Below are positions 54,347-64,000 of a stretch of 64,000 bases of DNA, one piece after another (position 1 is the first letter of the stretch; each line of letters opens with the position of its first letter). The notes beneath the pieces were generated by a model. That model worked only from the letters and a program-made list of their open reading frames with translations. It had not been told where the DNA came from and ran no database searches. The position numbers were made by a program, and so were the translations under genes. Location of the stretch: the NCBI GenBank assembly GCA_946965045.2, contig OX337233.1, positions 868,001 to 932,000 of the forward strand. The letters run 5' to 3'. The stretch is from Epithemia pelagica (taxonomy: Eukaryota; Protista; Bacillariophyta).

Positions 54347-57300
54347 CGCCATTCGTAAAGAACGGGTTTTAAGCTTATCGGAATAGTATATAGCTGTCTC
54401 CCATAAATTTTATCGGAAACAGCCAGCTGCTCGCATAAGTTGTCTCCCTTAAGACCGCCTTAAAAGAGTGTGTTTTAACCTTAAAACACAGGTCTCATTT
54501 TTTCGGCAATCATCACAGCGAAGGTCATCTATCCATGTCTCGAATGGTACAAGCAACATATCATTGAATTGTCAAAGCAATCCCCACCATGTCGATGGTA
54601 AGTTTGTCTCTACTATGGTACTCATATAATGCTGCTTTTACAATTCATGGATTTCTGTTGTTTCATTGTTCTCACCACTGTTGTTATCACTCTCGTCTTC
54701 TTCTTCCATAGAGACTGATGATGCAACCTGTCGTCTCTTCCTTGTAAACTCCGGAGACAGGCCGTGTTTCTCTCGCAACTCCATCACAAGAGGGTGATTT
54801 TTCTTGGTTGTGTACTTGTATCTGGAGTTGATCCCCGCTTCCGCCGGACGGCACATGAATATCTCCTTACCGTGAACCGAATGCAAAATCTCAAAGCACG
54901 TATGGTCTGCAAATTGAGGCATCTTATGGATCTTCCATCCATTTTCTCGTTCATCCTTACAATTCACTAAATGCGCGACAATACCACATTTGGCACATTG
55001 GCCAATATTCGAGAAAAGTCCTTTCATTCCCAATTCCTTCCGTTTCCACCGAAACTCCAATGAACAAACGACACAAGGAACCTTTTTATTGCACTCCAAA
55101 GGGATGGGGTAGTGACCATCTTCACAAGTTGGTCGTGTGTTTTGTTGGGTCCGCCGTGCCAAAGCATCAATCTCCTCGGTATCCACATAACTACACATTG
55201 CTTGGGCTACACACGTGTAGAAAGCATGCCTCGTAAGTTTTGTACGCCTGGACCGAAGTCGTTCCCCGGCGGAGAGATTCCAAGCGATGAATGCATTCAA
55301 GAGCATAATGTCCATGATGCCCAGACCAGTTTTCTTGTACCACTTCTTAAAATGTCCATGAGTGGCAAAACCGCCCATCTGGCACCGCATTTGGTCACCA
55401 TGGTCAATCCCCCCCATGTTGTCTTGGTACCGTATCAAGGGCTGGGGGCACGGAAACTCTATCTTGATTGGACCGACCTGCCGTTTGATCTTCCCCGTCC
55501 CAACATTCTCATAGCTCGTGACAAAATTGACACATTTTGAGTCAACCCACTGTCCAATTACAATGCCATTCACTTCGTCATGTCCCAATTTCATGGTTCC
55601 ACGGTTTGTCTTTGTTTTCTTCAAATCCATGAGAACTTTGCTCCATCCCACACGGTTGACGCGCACAGTCCCAGTAGCTAGGACGTTGAGACGGTCTCGT
55701 AGAATTACCATTAGCTGCGGTGCAGCATACCTGTTATCCAACAATAAATGTCTGAATCCTCTTGTTTCCTTGTTGAGTTCAAGAGCATAGCAGGCGTTGA
55801 CGACTGCCTTCATTGTTGTTGGAAGTTGCTTAGCCTCCTCGCGAATGTACGAATTCGTAGCATTCTTACCCTGATAGACGTCCATGTGTAAAATAGCGTA
55901 GCTAGTGGACGACGCAAGAATGAAAAAGTCCACCCGAAACTTTGCCGGTTTGTCCTTGTTATACTGTCGGACCGGGCAGTACCTTGACCGGCAACCAATA
56001 CCACCTTCATCGAAAGCAAGATCCTGTGGGATCAGAAAGGATCTCTTTGAAGCTGCGTTTACAGCCTGGATAAGTTTTCGGAGTTGGAAGCACTTGTCAC
56101 CTCCTCGTCCCGCCTCTTTCGACTCTGGGTGGAAAGCTCCTCTGATTTGACGGAACCGAGCAAGACGCATGTACCTTGTCGCCCAACCAGCACTATCCAG
56201 GATCTCCACTGATGGAATGGCAGTTCCAAGACTGTACATTGTGTTGCTTGGCTGAAAGTACGCTGCATACCCGCCACTGTCGAGTGGTCGTAAAGACATC
56301 ATGAGAATGATCCCAAGAAAACGGGTCATTTCTTGTAATGTGACGTCCTGCCACTTCTGAGAGTGGAAATATCCTCGGCGACCCATAAGATTGGGTCGAA
56401 TCTTCTTGTGGAAATATTTGTTTGTAGCCGCTACCATGCCCGATATGATGGATTTGGACAATCCTCCAACGACACAGAGACAATCAAAGGGTGTTTGAAA
56501 CTCATCCGCAACCCCTACCTTCAGACCATCGCCACCGCGGAACATGGAGCGGTGATGGTTTTCTTGGCCGACCCACGAGAAAGGTCTGTCAGATGCCTCT
56601 ATGTTTTTGTAGTGGAAGTGTAAATTGTCGATCAAAACCTTCAAATTTGTTGAATTGTTGGGATCTTCATCAATGTTGGACGCTGTAGAAGTATCGTCCT
56701 CTTCGTTGTTGATGTCCCCATCCTCTTCTTCATTGTCCTCGTAGTCGTCGAGTGGATCGATATTACGGTGAACAGTGTCATTCACGTCCAGATCATAGCC
56801 ACCATTGTTATCTTCGTCCGAGGAATAGTCGTTGTCATCCTCAGATTCTTCGGCTGTACTGTTGTTTTGATGCTGCTGTCTTGTCGTGACCATCGAGGCA
56901 CCGGTACTTGTGCTTCCAAAAAGACGTGTTGCAACTTGGTTGATTGGAGTATCGTTGTTCTCTCCATTTTCAAGAGGGGACGGAGAGGGTCCTCCTTCTG
57001 GTGCAGTCATGAGAGTTGCACGTCCCTGTGCACGCTCTTGAGTTGATGGTGGATTGGACAATGAACTTGCATGGCGGCGGGGAGAACGTCGAAGACTGGC
57101 GTCCGCAATGTCCCTGATCGCTGCTCTTCTCTGTGCTCGTTCAGCGGTCGAAGGAGGAGGTTGCTCTGCTCCTCTACGTTGGCTTTGTGAACGTGATGCA
57201 GTATTGTTATTGTTGGTTGGATTGTTGTTGTTGGTCGGATTGTTGTTGTTGGTTGGATTGTCGTTGTTGGCCGTACTATTAGTCGGAATGTTATTGAAAG

Positions 57301-58290
57301 TTGGAGGGTCCAGGTGAGGAACGTACACTTCAATGAAGTGACGAAGCTTCTGCTTCACAGATTGTGTTGAGACAAACCGTGTCTTGATCCAGGTTTGTGG
57401 GATGTTTAGGTTGGAAATTTGAAGGTTGTCCCACACAATTGCATACACATTTCCATTCTTCTTTGACGGACATTCAACAATTCGGCCAAGAAGACGAAGG
57501 GGGCGGTCAGTAAGATTCGGTCGAAACCGACGGCGAAATTCTTCGTAGAAGTTGGGGTGAATCCAGAAATCATCGTGAGCCACAAAAGACCGTTTCGAGT
57601 AGCTGAATCGGGAACGCTGCTTGAGAGGATGTTGCAGTGGTAATTGCGTCTCGGTCTGTGTTTCCTGTGTTATTGGATCGATGGTTGGATTGGTTTCTGG
57701 TGGATTCACAGTAGCTTGTGCTACCGCTGTATGGTCGACAGCTTCTTGGTGTCCATCAGCACGAGGTTGCGGGAAATGTGGATCGGTATGTTGGTCAGAA
57801 TCTGGATAGGTATGGGCTTGAGGTGCGACAGGTTGATCAGCATCTTCATCGAGGAGTGACTGTGACGAATTCGGCTGTGAGGACTCGTGATCGTCGTTCT
57901 CCGTAGGTACAACTGCAGACGACATTGCCTTTCGTGGACGTCTTCTTCACTATGTTGATCGACAGAATGGAGAGTCTTGCAACGATCGGCTGAGAGGGTA
58001 TGAATATAGAAGGGTCCAAAGTTGGGCCTTGGGCGAAGGATGATCGAAATGAACAAAAATGAGGAAAATCGCCAATTTTTCAAAGCGAAATATCACGCTA
58101 ATGACTGTGTATTTACTGTAGACTATCATATATGAAGTTGTTCAGAATTTCAAGATCTTTCCAACGATGAAGTCAGATTTGACAGAATTTGGTTTTGGAC
58201 GAAGTTAATGAAAGTCAAAGTTAAGGGAGCAGTGCATAGCTGTCTCCCATATATGGGAGACAGCTATACACTGCTCGCTTACGATTGGCG
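54347..58290 (-). mobile_element. piggyBac-superfamily DNA transposon, apparently intact
   Basis: TTAA TSD at 54343-54346 and 58291-58294. TIRs CGCCATTCGTAA / TTACGATTGGCG. Subterminal TAGCTGTCTCCCATA at both ends. B1 serves as the empty site. Confidence 0.95.
54638..57925 (-). CDS. piggyBac transposase (DDD) with a long N-terminal extension and C-terminal Cys-rich domain
   Basis: LAFDEGGIG, RQYNKDKPAKF, LLLDNRY, YQDNMGGIDHGDQ; C-terminal CVVC...CAKC...H..C. Uninterrupted 1095 aa. Confidence 0.93.
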   Translation of the reverse strand: MSSAVVPTENDDHESSQPNSSQSLLDEDADQPVAPQAHTYPDSDQHTDPHFPQPRADGHQEAVDHTAVAQATVNPPETNPTIDPITQETQTETQLPLQHPLKQRSRFSYSKRSFVAHDDFWIHPNFYEEFRRRFRPNLTDRPLRLLGRIVECPSKKNGNVYAIVWDNLQISNLNIPQTWIKTRFVSTQSVKQKLRHFIEVYVPHLDPPTFNNIPTNSTANNDNPTNNNNPTNNNNPTNNNNTASRSQSQRRGAEQPPPSTAERAQRRAAIRDIADASLRRSPRRHASSLSNPPSTQERAQGRATLMTAPEGGPSPSPLENGENNDTPINQVATRLFGSTSTGASMVTTRQQHQNNSTAEESEDDNDYSSDEDNNGGYDLDVNDTVHRNIDPLDDYEDNEEEDGDINNEEDDTSTASNIDEDPNNSTNLKVLIDNLHFHYKNIEASDRPFSWVGQENHHRSMFRGGDGLKVGVADEFQTPFDCLCVVGGLSKSIISGMVAATNKYFHKKIRPNLMGRRGYFHSQKWQDVTLQEMTRFLGIILMMSLRPLDSGGYAAYFQPSNTMYSLGTAIPSVEILDSAGWATRYMRLARFRQIRGAFHPESKEAGRGGDKCFQLRKLIQAVNAASKRSFLIPQDLAFDEGGIGCRSRYCPVRQYNKDKPAKFRVDFFILASSTSYAILHMDVYQGKNATNSYIREEAKQLPTTMKAVVNACYALELNKETRGFRHLLLDNRYAAPQLMVILRDRLNVLATGTVRVNRVGWSKVLMDLKKTKTNRGTMKLGHDEVNGIVIGQWVDSKCVNFVTSYENVGTGKIKRQVGPIKIEFPCPQPLIRYQDNMGGIDHGDQMRCQMGGFATHGHFKKWYKKTGLGIMDIMLLNAFIAWNLSAGERLRSRRTKLTRHAFYTCVAQAMCSYVDTEEIDALARRTQQNTRPTCEDGHYPIPLECNKKVPCVVCSLEFRWKRKELGMKGLFSNIGQCAKCGIVAHLVNCKDERENGWKIHKMPQFADHTCFEILHSVHGKEIFMCRPAEAGINSRYKYTTKKNHPLVMELREKHGLSPEFTRKRRQVASSVSMEEEDESDNNSGENNETTEIHEL

Positions 58291-58967
58291 TTAAGTGGAG
58301 TGAATACGGCCAAGACAGGAAGGATGACAAGTAAGGAAGAAGTACCGGGTGGGATCGAATCCTCTTTTGAAGTAGATTCAAATGATAGTCATAAGACTGG
58401 TCAACTCAAAGTACTTCTAGAGTTACAGTTCCAAACAGGTCGCATTTCGGCTTTAAGACTTAACGGTAGATGCGTTGAGCACTACACATTGGTCCTATAT
58501 AAATTTGAGCGGAAAGATTCAGCGCATGGTTCGCTGGATGTGTAATCACCGGTACCTGTGTTCCACACCATGACAAATATCGGACTCATTTCCCATGTTG
58601 ACTCATTCTCATCGATGCTATGTGCTACCTCGTGTATCTACCCATGGTGTCGTTTTCAGTTAATACTCCAGGCAAAAGCTCTCCAAGTCTGATACTCATT
58701 CTCGTGTCAGCGTTCGATCACTTTACAACATCTCTCGTCACGAAAACCATCGGATCCAACTCTCTCTATGCTATATCGAGTCCAGATTTGGACTTCAATC
58801 AGAACTAATAGGTACCTCAATGCGCGACGCCACGCGAATGCGCAAAAACGGTACGGGGATTCCTATTTGAACTGAGGCACAAAAGCCACTTTATCACCTC
58901 GGTAGAGGCAAACCAAAACCGTGTCTTTGACTTACTAATCCAATGCTAATATCGTTATTCAAAAAGA

Positions 58968-61900
58968 CTACGCGTCAGAACGATTCGTTCGAATGGTGGT
59001 TGCCATGGCTTGGTCTTTGCCACCATCCGACTCGGACGACGATGACGACAAGGATACTGCAGCAGCATTCTCCGGACCCACCAGGGACAAGACAACAGGT
59101 AACAGAATCAAACCATGACCCACACCTAAGGTCACCAAGCCCACAAAGGCAATGAAAATCGTATAAAAGATGGTACTTGTCGAAAAGGCCAATGGTAAGG
59201 TTCCCATAAAGGTCGAAATACCACCAATCAACACCGATGCACCCATGGTCCTCAACATTTCCGCAACCTTTTCTTCACGGTTGCCCGATAACTCATAGTA
59301 TCGCAACAATACGTGCAAAATAAAGTCAACCAACAAACCAATCGACATGACCAAGGCAATGTAACTCACGGCATTCACGTGAACACCCGCCCATTGCATC
59401 ACACCCAACAAATCAATATACAACAAACAAATCATGGGAAGGACAAACAAGGCTCCCGTCCAATGGGGAACAAACACCAGAGCGACAGCTGTCACGGCAA
59501 CCACTCCCAAGACGGTCGTCAAAATGAGCTCGTCCACTGACACGGCATAAAACTCCCAAATATCATAAATACCATCATATGAAAAGAACCTCCAATCGGA
59601 CTGACCGGCATTGATGGGTTGACGGGATGTCACGGATCGCTGATCTTTCAATGTGTCAATTTGATCGTTCACATCTTCAATGTTCACATTGTCCATTTGA
59701 AGTTCCACACGAGACGCAATAATGTGACCACTTGTCTCATTTCGCACAATATGATCGGCGTACAAGTCAAAGTACACCAGATCGGACAAAAATGCATCCA
59801 GTTGTTGCGGAAAGTCAAGTGTCGACAAGGTACCACTTTCATCTTGTGCCACAAAGGTTTTAAAGTCACGGAGCCAAAAGAATTCTGGTTGCTCCTCAAT
59901 GGCATCAATCGTCACAAGATCATTCACATAGTCTTCCATTTGTTGTTGAATATCCTCTCGGGACTGATCCACAAAACGAAAGTACGCATAGGGGGCCACC
60001 GTACTTCGAGCGGTATATTCGTCCAAGGAATCCAAAAAATCAGTCACATAGGAATCATCTGGCATCACGTCCGAAAACTCAAACTCTTGCGTCAAATTGG
60101 ATGCACTGAACGAGCACACAATGGCTAATGCAACAAACGAGACAAGAACCACAACCTTGACGATAGGGTTCATCAAAAACTTGGCATACCGGACCATAAA
60201 TGCGTCCACAAAAGTGCCAGTGTGCTTGGATGAACTTGTTGTTGTTGTTGCCTGGTTTGGCGCAGTTCTGGTCTCTTCGTCTTGTTGCTGTTCTTCTTCG
60301 TCATGATTATCGTTTCCTGGTTTGGCCGTGATGCAAGTGCAGCAATCACGACGTCCCTCTTGGATGCGACGAGCATCCAGCACGAGGCAACCAACGAAAA
60401 AGGTCAATTGGTAAATATAGATAAAGATAATTGTGGGAAAGGCATACAAACACAACCAATACACGGCCGGAATGCTAGACAAACAACCGAGGCCAAAGGC
60501 CAACACCGAGGTCAAGGTTGTCAAGGTAATGGAAAGACCGGCTTCTTCCATGGTCTCCTCAATTCGTTCCGTAATCTCCTTGTCTTCACTGGTTCGGGAA
60601 AAGGCTCCATACACAATAAAGGCATCATCCAAACCAATACCAAAAATGACAAAGGGAAGAATCTGAGTCATGGAAGTAAAGCTCACGCCGATTATGAACA
60701 AGAGACCAAATCCAGAAAAGAGACTGAGCAAGACCGAAATGACTGCGGAAAAGCCCAACAAACTTTGCGACCGAACCTTGTCCCTTTTCCAAAACACCAA
60801 GGCTGTGAAAATCGACATGACCACAAAGACAATGGGAATCAAGGGAATATCTCGCACAATGGCACGTTCAAATCTGTTGTAAAAGCACAAAGAGAAACAT
60901 CATGAGCATCAGAGAACCAGATAACATGTTTTATAACTTGCAGCATTGATATAAAACATCGCACGTACTCATCGCCAAAAGACCGTTCGGCCAACACTTC
61001 AAGATGCAAATTGTTGCCCTGGATTGCCTCGAGAGCATCACTCAAGTCATGAATGGCATCCAAGGCATCCTCTTCAAAGTCTTCCACCTCTTCCTCATCG
61101 GTACCCGGCAAGGCAAACGTGATGGTATACGACTGGGCCGACACCAAGGTACCATCAGAACTACGCTCTGGTTTGCCAAAGACTCCATTTTCCGAAACTG
61201 GACTGCCATCGGGAAAGGTCAGGGCCGACATGGCTTCAATGGCTTCTTGATCCGAACCAATTTGGTCTTCAAAAATGGCGGTTGTCAAGTTCCAAAAGTT
61301 GACCACACCATCAATCTCACACGTTGTCTCACCGGTAGTAGGATTGATGTAGGTGCTCTGGGCACAAATACGATCGTACCCCCGAACACCTCGCACGGTA
61401 TCCAAGGCTTCAAAGACATGATTCAACTGAGATTGACCCAAGACATTGGCACCATTGGCATGAAAAAAGAGAATAAAATCACGCGATTCCACTGGAAAGC
61501 CTGGTTTGGACTCTTCAATCCAATCACTATGCTTGACCGGTTTCGAGTTGGCGGGTGTCCACAACTTGTCTTCGTCCACATCCAAGGTGAAATTGGTAAA
61601 CAAACCCACGACCAAGAGCATCAAGGATAAACACGTGACGGCGAGAATGGTGCGTTTGGGGTTGCGAGCAGCAATTTGCGTCACACGCTGCAAGGAGGCC
61701 ACAATGGGAGCATGGAGGAACAAGATGCCACGCGTCCACTTGTCGGACAGAGTGTCAGACTGGAGCGTGTCGTTCTCACGAGAGTCTGCAGTACAACGAG
61801 AATGGCCGTTAGTATATTCCAGGTTCAGTGTTGACCCTTGCAATACATCACCATGTTTCAACGTACCTTGTTCATTGGAGGTGTGGCTGTCATCAGCCGG

Positions 61901-61987
61901 CGTAACATTATCGTCCAAGACAACCGATTCCATCTTGGAAGGCGCCATGTTGGCAGTTTCGTTTTCCTTTTCAAATTCAAGGCTCAT
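58968..61987 (-). CDS. Patched/NPC1-like sterol-sensing-domain protein, copy 2 (exons 61987-60969 and 60873-58968)
   Basis: Near-identical to copy 1, with the same intron (60874-60968) and a 1-codon indel. Confidence 0.9.
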
Positions 61988-62765
61988 CTTGGTTGAGTTC
62001 TTTGTTTGCTGAATCGGTTTTGATTCGACTGGAAGCTTGTTTAATGAGCTCTGGTTGGATCCTTGACACGATACATAACTTTTTCGTTGGCGGCATTGGA
62101 GAGGAAGATGACGAGGATGATGTAAGATATAGAAACTAGTTGGGGAATGATCCTGTTGCTTCCCAATTCGTTGGTGGGAATCAATTTCAAAGTCCATGGA
62201 GTGTTCTCGTGTGATCATCCTGTGGACAGATGATGGGTCTGTCTTCTTGTCTGCATGATGGTTGTCTCTTGTCACAACGAGCGACAAGGATGCTCTCGGT
62301 TTATTCCTAGGAATCCATAGGATGCAAGTCATGAGAGGTTGCCTCTCTGCCAAGAAGAACCGCGATGCAAGGACGATCACTTGTCGAAGGATCCGGAATG
62401 TTCTTGCTATTGACGTAGGCTGTGACCCTACTTGTACGGTCGGTATTGGTAGAGGCAGAGGTGATGGTGGTATGCTTCCTTTCAATCCACACACTCCGCC
62501 AACATTGGAACAAGGAGGAAGCACACCACAAAATGAGAGATGTCGAACAACGTAATCGGTTGTCCCCCAAACTTCCGGACGAGCATGCGGGCTGGCGCGC
62601 CATGCCTTTTGAACTATAATTGAAAGTGTACTGATCAGAACTCAAACGTCGGCCAACCACACGGCTCCCTCTCCGCATTCTAACTCTCTCCTCTATTGTA
62701 TTAGTATTACCCCTCTATGTCTATGACGCATCGTCATACTCCTAACTCATAACCCCTTTTCGGGT

Positions 62766-63953
62766 TCATTTCTTGCCCTTCATCTCCTTTTCTCGTTTCT
62801 TCAACCAAGCCTTTTTTCGATTCATGAAGTTGCCTTGTTTGTGAAATCCCTTTGGCAACTGGAACGCAATGGCGAGAAGAGGGAAGATATCATGTGACGT
62901 GCAAACTTCCAAAGATCCGGCGGATGCTTTCTCTTCCAACATTGTTTGCATGGTTTGTTGAAGGGAGATCGTGTTGGGCATCATGAGCTTTCCCACAGTA
63001 TCGGCTTCATCCTTGGAAAAGTAATAAGGTGTCATGAAAGGCGTGACCCCATCTTCCCAGGGGATCGTGAGGCGCTCCTGGGCAGTTGCAAAGTCTAACA
63101 GATCCGAGGCCCAGAAAAGAATTTTCTCCCAAAGTGCGTTGTCTGCTTTCATGTCTTCTAGGCTCGCTTCCCGAAGAGTTGATGACAAGAGGTAGTCTCG
63201 AAATTGGGGTCGGAATTTTCCAGAATGCTGTAAAAACAATGCCGTCCAAACATGCTGTTTGAAAATAAAGCTGAGCTGTCGTCCACCTTTACATGTGACC
63301 CGCTTCAACTCCAGATTGAAAATATTTCTTCCTGCTTCCGTTTCGGTACGGACGAAATTTTCCAATGATTCCAAGCTCATGCAAAGAACATCACCTTCCC
63401 TGTGGCGCTTGGGGAAGAAAACCGCAATAGGATCTTCAATTTCCTGTACGTCTTGAAAGGTGAAAGGGTCCATGTCATTGATGCATGACTCGAAATCAAT
63501 TGTTGCCTCGCTTGTTCGAGAGATTGTGGAAAACGATTGGCTAAGACCGACATCTTGGTCCGTTCCGTTGCTGTCTTTTGAGGGAGAATTGTCCGGAGAA
63601 GTGTTTGGAGAAGACTGATCCGCCTTTCGGAATTCAACCTTGGTCACGCCGTAGCCTTCAAAGAGATCTTTCAAGCGATCGTAAAAGGTTGGGATAGTTA
63701 GGTGGACCTCGATCCAGGTTTCCGTGTCGGTGAAGAACAGCCAACAGCGCACACCTTCCATGGGAGGATGAGAACAAGCGGACATTTCCACCAAGCATTG
63801 GTACAGCTGCGCCGGGCTCTCTGCTTCAGTGGGCTCAAAGTGTTGGCCAAACAGCTTTCCCTCGAACGTCTTCATTTCTTTCCTTTTGTTGGGGGTCTTT
63901 TGTTGTGGTTGATGCTTTGTTTGTTTGCTTTTTTTGTTACTTGATGGTTTCAT
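62766..63953 (-). CDS. Hypothetical protein, 395 aa
   Basis: Long ATG-initiated ORF with K-rich ends. No family recognised. Confidence 0.55.
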   Translation of the reverse strand: MKPSSNKKSKQTKHQPQQKTPNKRKEMKTFEGKLFGQHFEPTEAESPAQLYQCLVEMSACSHPPMEGVRCWLFFTDTETWIEVHLTIPTFYDRLKDLFEGYGVTKVEFRKADQSSPNTSPDNSPSKDSNGTDQDVGLSQSFSTISRTSEATIDFESCINDMDPFTFQDVQEIEDPIAVFFPKRHREGDVLCMSLESLENFVRTETEAGRNIFNLELKRVTCKGGRQLSFIFKQHVWTALFLQHSGKFRPQFRDYLLSSTLREASLEDMKADNALWEKILFWASDLLDFATAQERLTIPWEDGVTPFMTPYYFSKDEADTVGKLMMPNTISLQQTMQTMLEEKASAGSLEVCTSHDIFPLLAIAFQLPKGFHKQGNFMNRKKAWLKKREKEMKGKK

Positions 63954-64000
63954 GCACGGTGATGGTGTAAAAAACTCTTCTCCACGTTTCGATGGTGTAA

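Larger units (their letters stand above)
51579..58346 (+). mobile_element. Recombinase-only YR element with split direct repeats A1-YR-B1-A2-B2 (Ngaro/PAT architecture), interrupted by piggyBac
   Basis: A1 at 51579-51832 equals A2 at 53693-53946. B1 at 53258-53694 matches B2 at 53962-54346 plus 58295-58346. No gag, RT or RNase H inside. Confidence 0.9.
53962..58346 (+). repeat. Split direct repeat B2 (split by piggyBac at TTAA)
   Basis: 53962-54346 plus 58295-58346 reconstitutes B1. Confidence 0.93.
34245..62700 (+). repeat. Direct segmental duplication: ~34.2-41.5 kb versus ~47.2-62.7 kb
   Basis: Both blocks read permease 3' fragment, intergenic, 2OG (with the shared frameshift), spacer, Patched-like gene, upstream flank. 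The second block has about 8 kb extra at 50.8-58.9 kb. Confidence 0.9.

Noticed and set aside
60839-62524. 561-aa ORF as an N-terminally extended Patched-like exon
   Set aside because: The sister copy has a stop in the homologous upstream region; the shared start is MSLEFEKE at 61987 and 40869.
1-64000. rRNA, tRNA or telomeric arrays
   Set aside because: None recognised by eye; a covariance-model scan would be needed to exclude small RNAs.

Overview
Eukaryotic, TE-rich window, probably from a pennate diatom. This is an inference from the short GT-AG introns, the CoDi-like copia RNase H end, the diatom-type tyrosine-recombinase (YR) elements and a double-VWD secreted protein. Layout: (1) 1-7.1 kb is a nest of related non-autonomous DNA transposons with long TIRs and 9-10 bp TSDs (MULE-like); one carries a decayed ubiquitin-specific protease fragment. 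(2) 9-18.5 kb is an Ngaro/DIRS-like YR retrotransposon (gag-like ORFs, RT, RNase H, YR) followed by convergent antisense ORFs. (3) 18.6-20.1 kb is an unclassified foldback repeat with 96-bp palindromic ends bracketing a copia 3' fragment. (4) 20.8-24.3 kb is a multi-exon VWD gene. (5) 25-62.7 kb is a shuffled, segmentally duplicated block: one intact APC amino-acid permease plus several 5'/3' fragments, four 2OG-Fe(II) oxygenase paralogues with two hypervariable patches, two Patched/NPC1-like genes, and DENN and MYG1 fragments. The second duplicate also holds a YR-only element with complete A1-B1-A2-B2 split direct repeats, into which an intact piggyBac inserted at TTAA. No rRNA, tRNA or CRISPR array was seen. 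Strongest novelty candidates: the palindromic-ended foldback element, the recombinase-only split-repeat element, the diversifying 2OG array, and the gene-capturing MULE nest. All alignments were done by eye, so boundaries may be off by a few bases.
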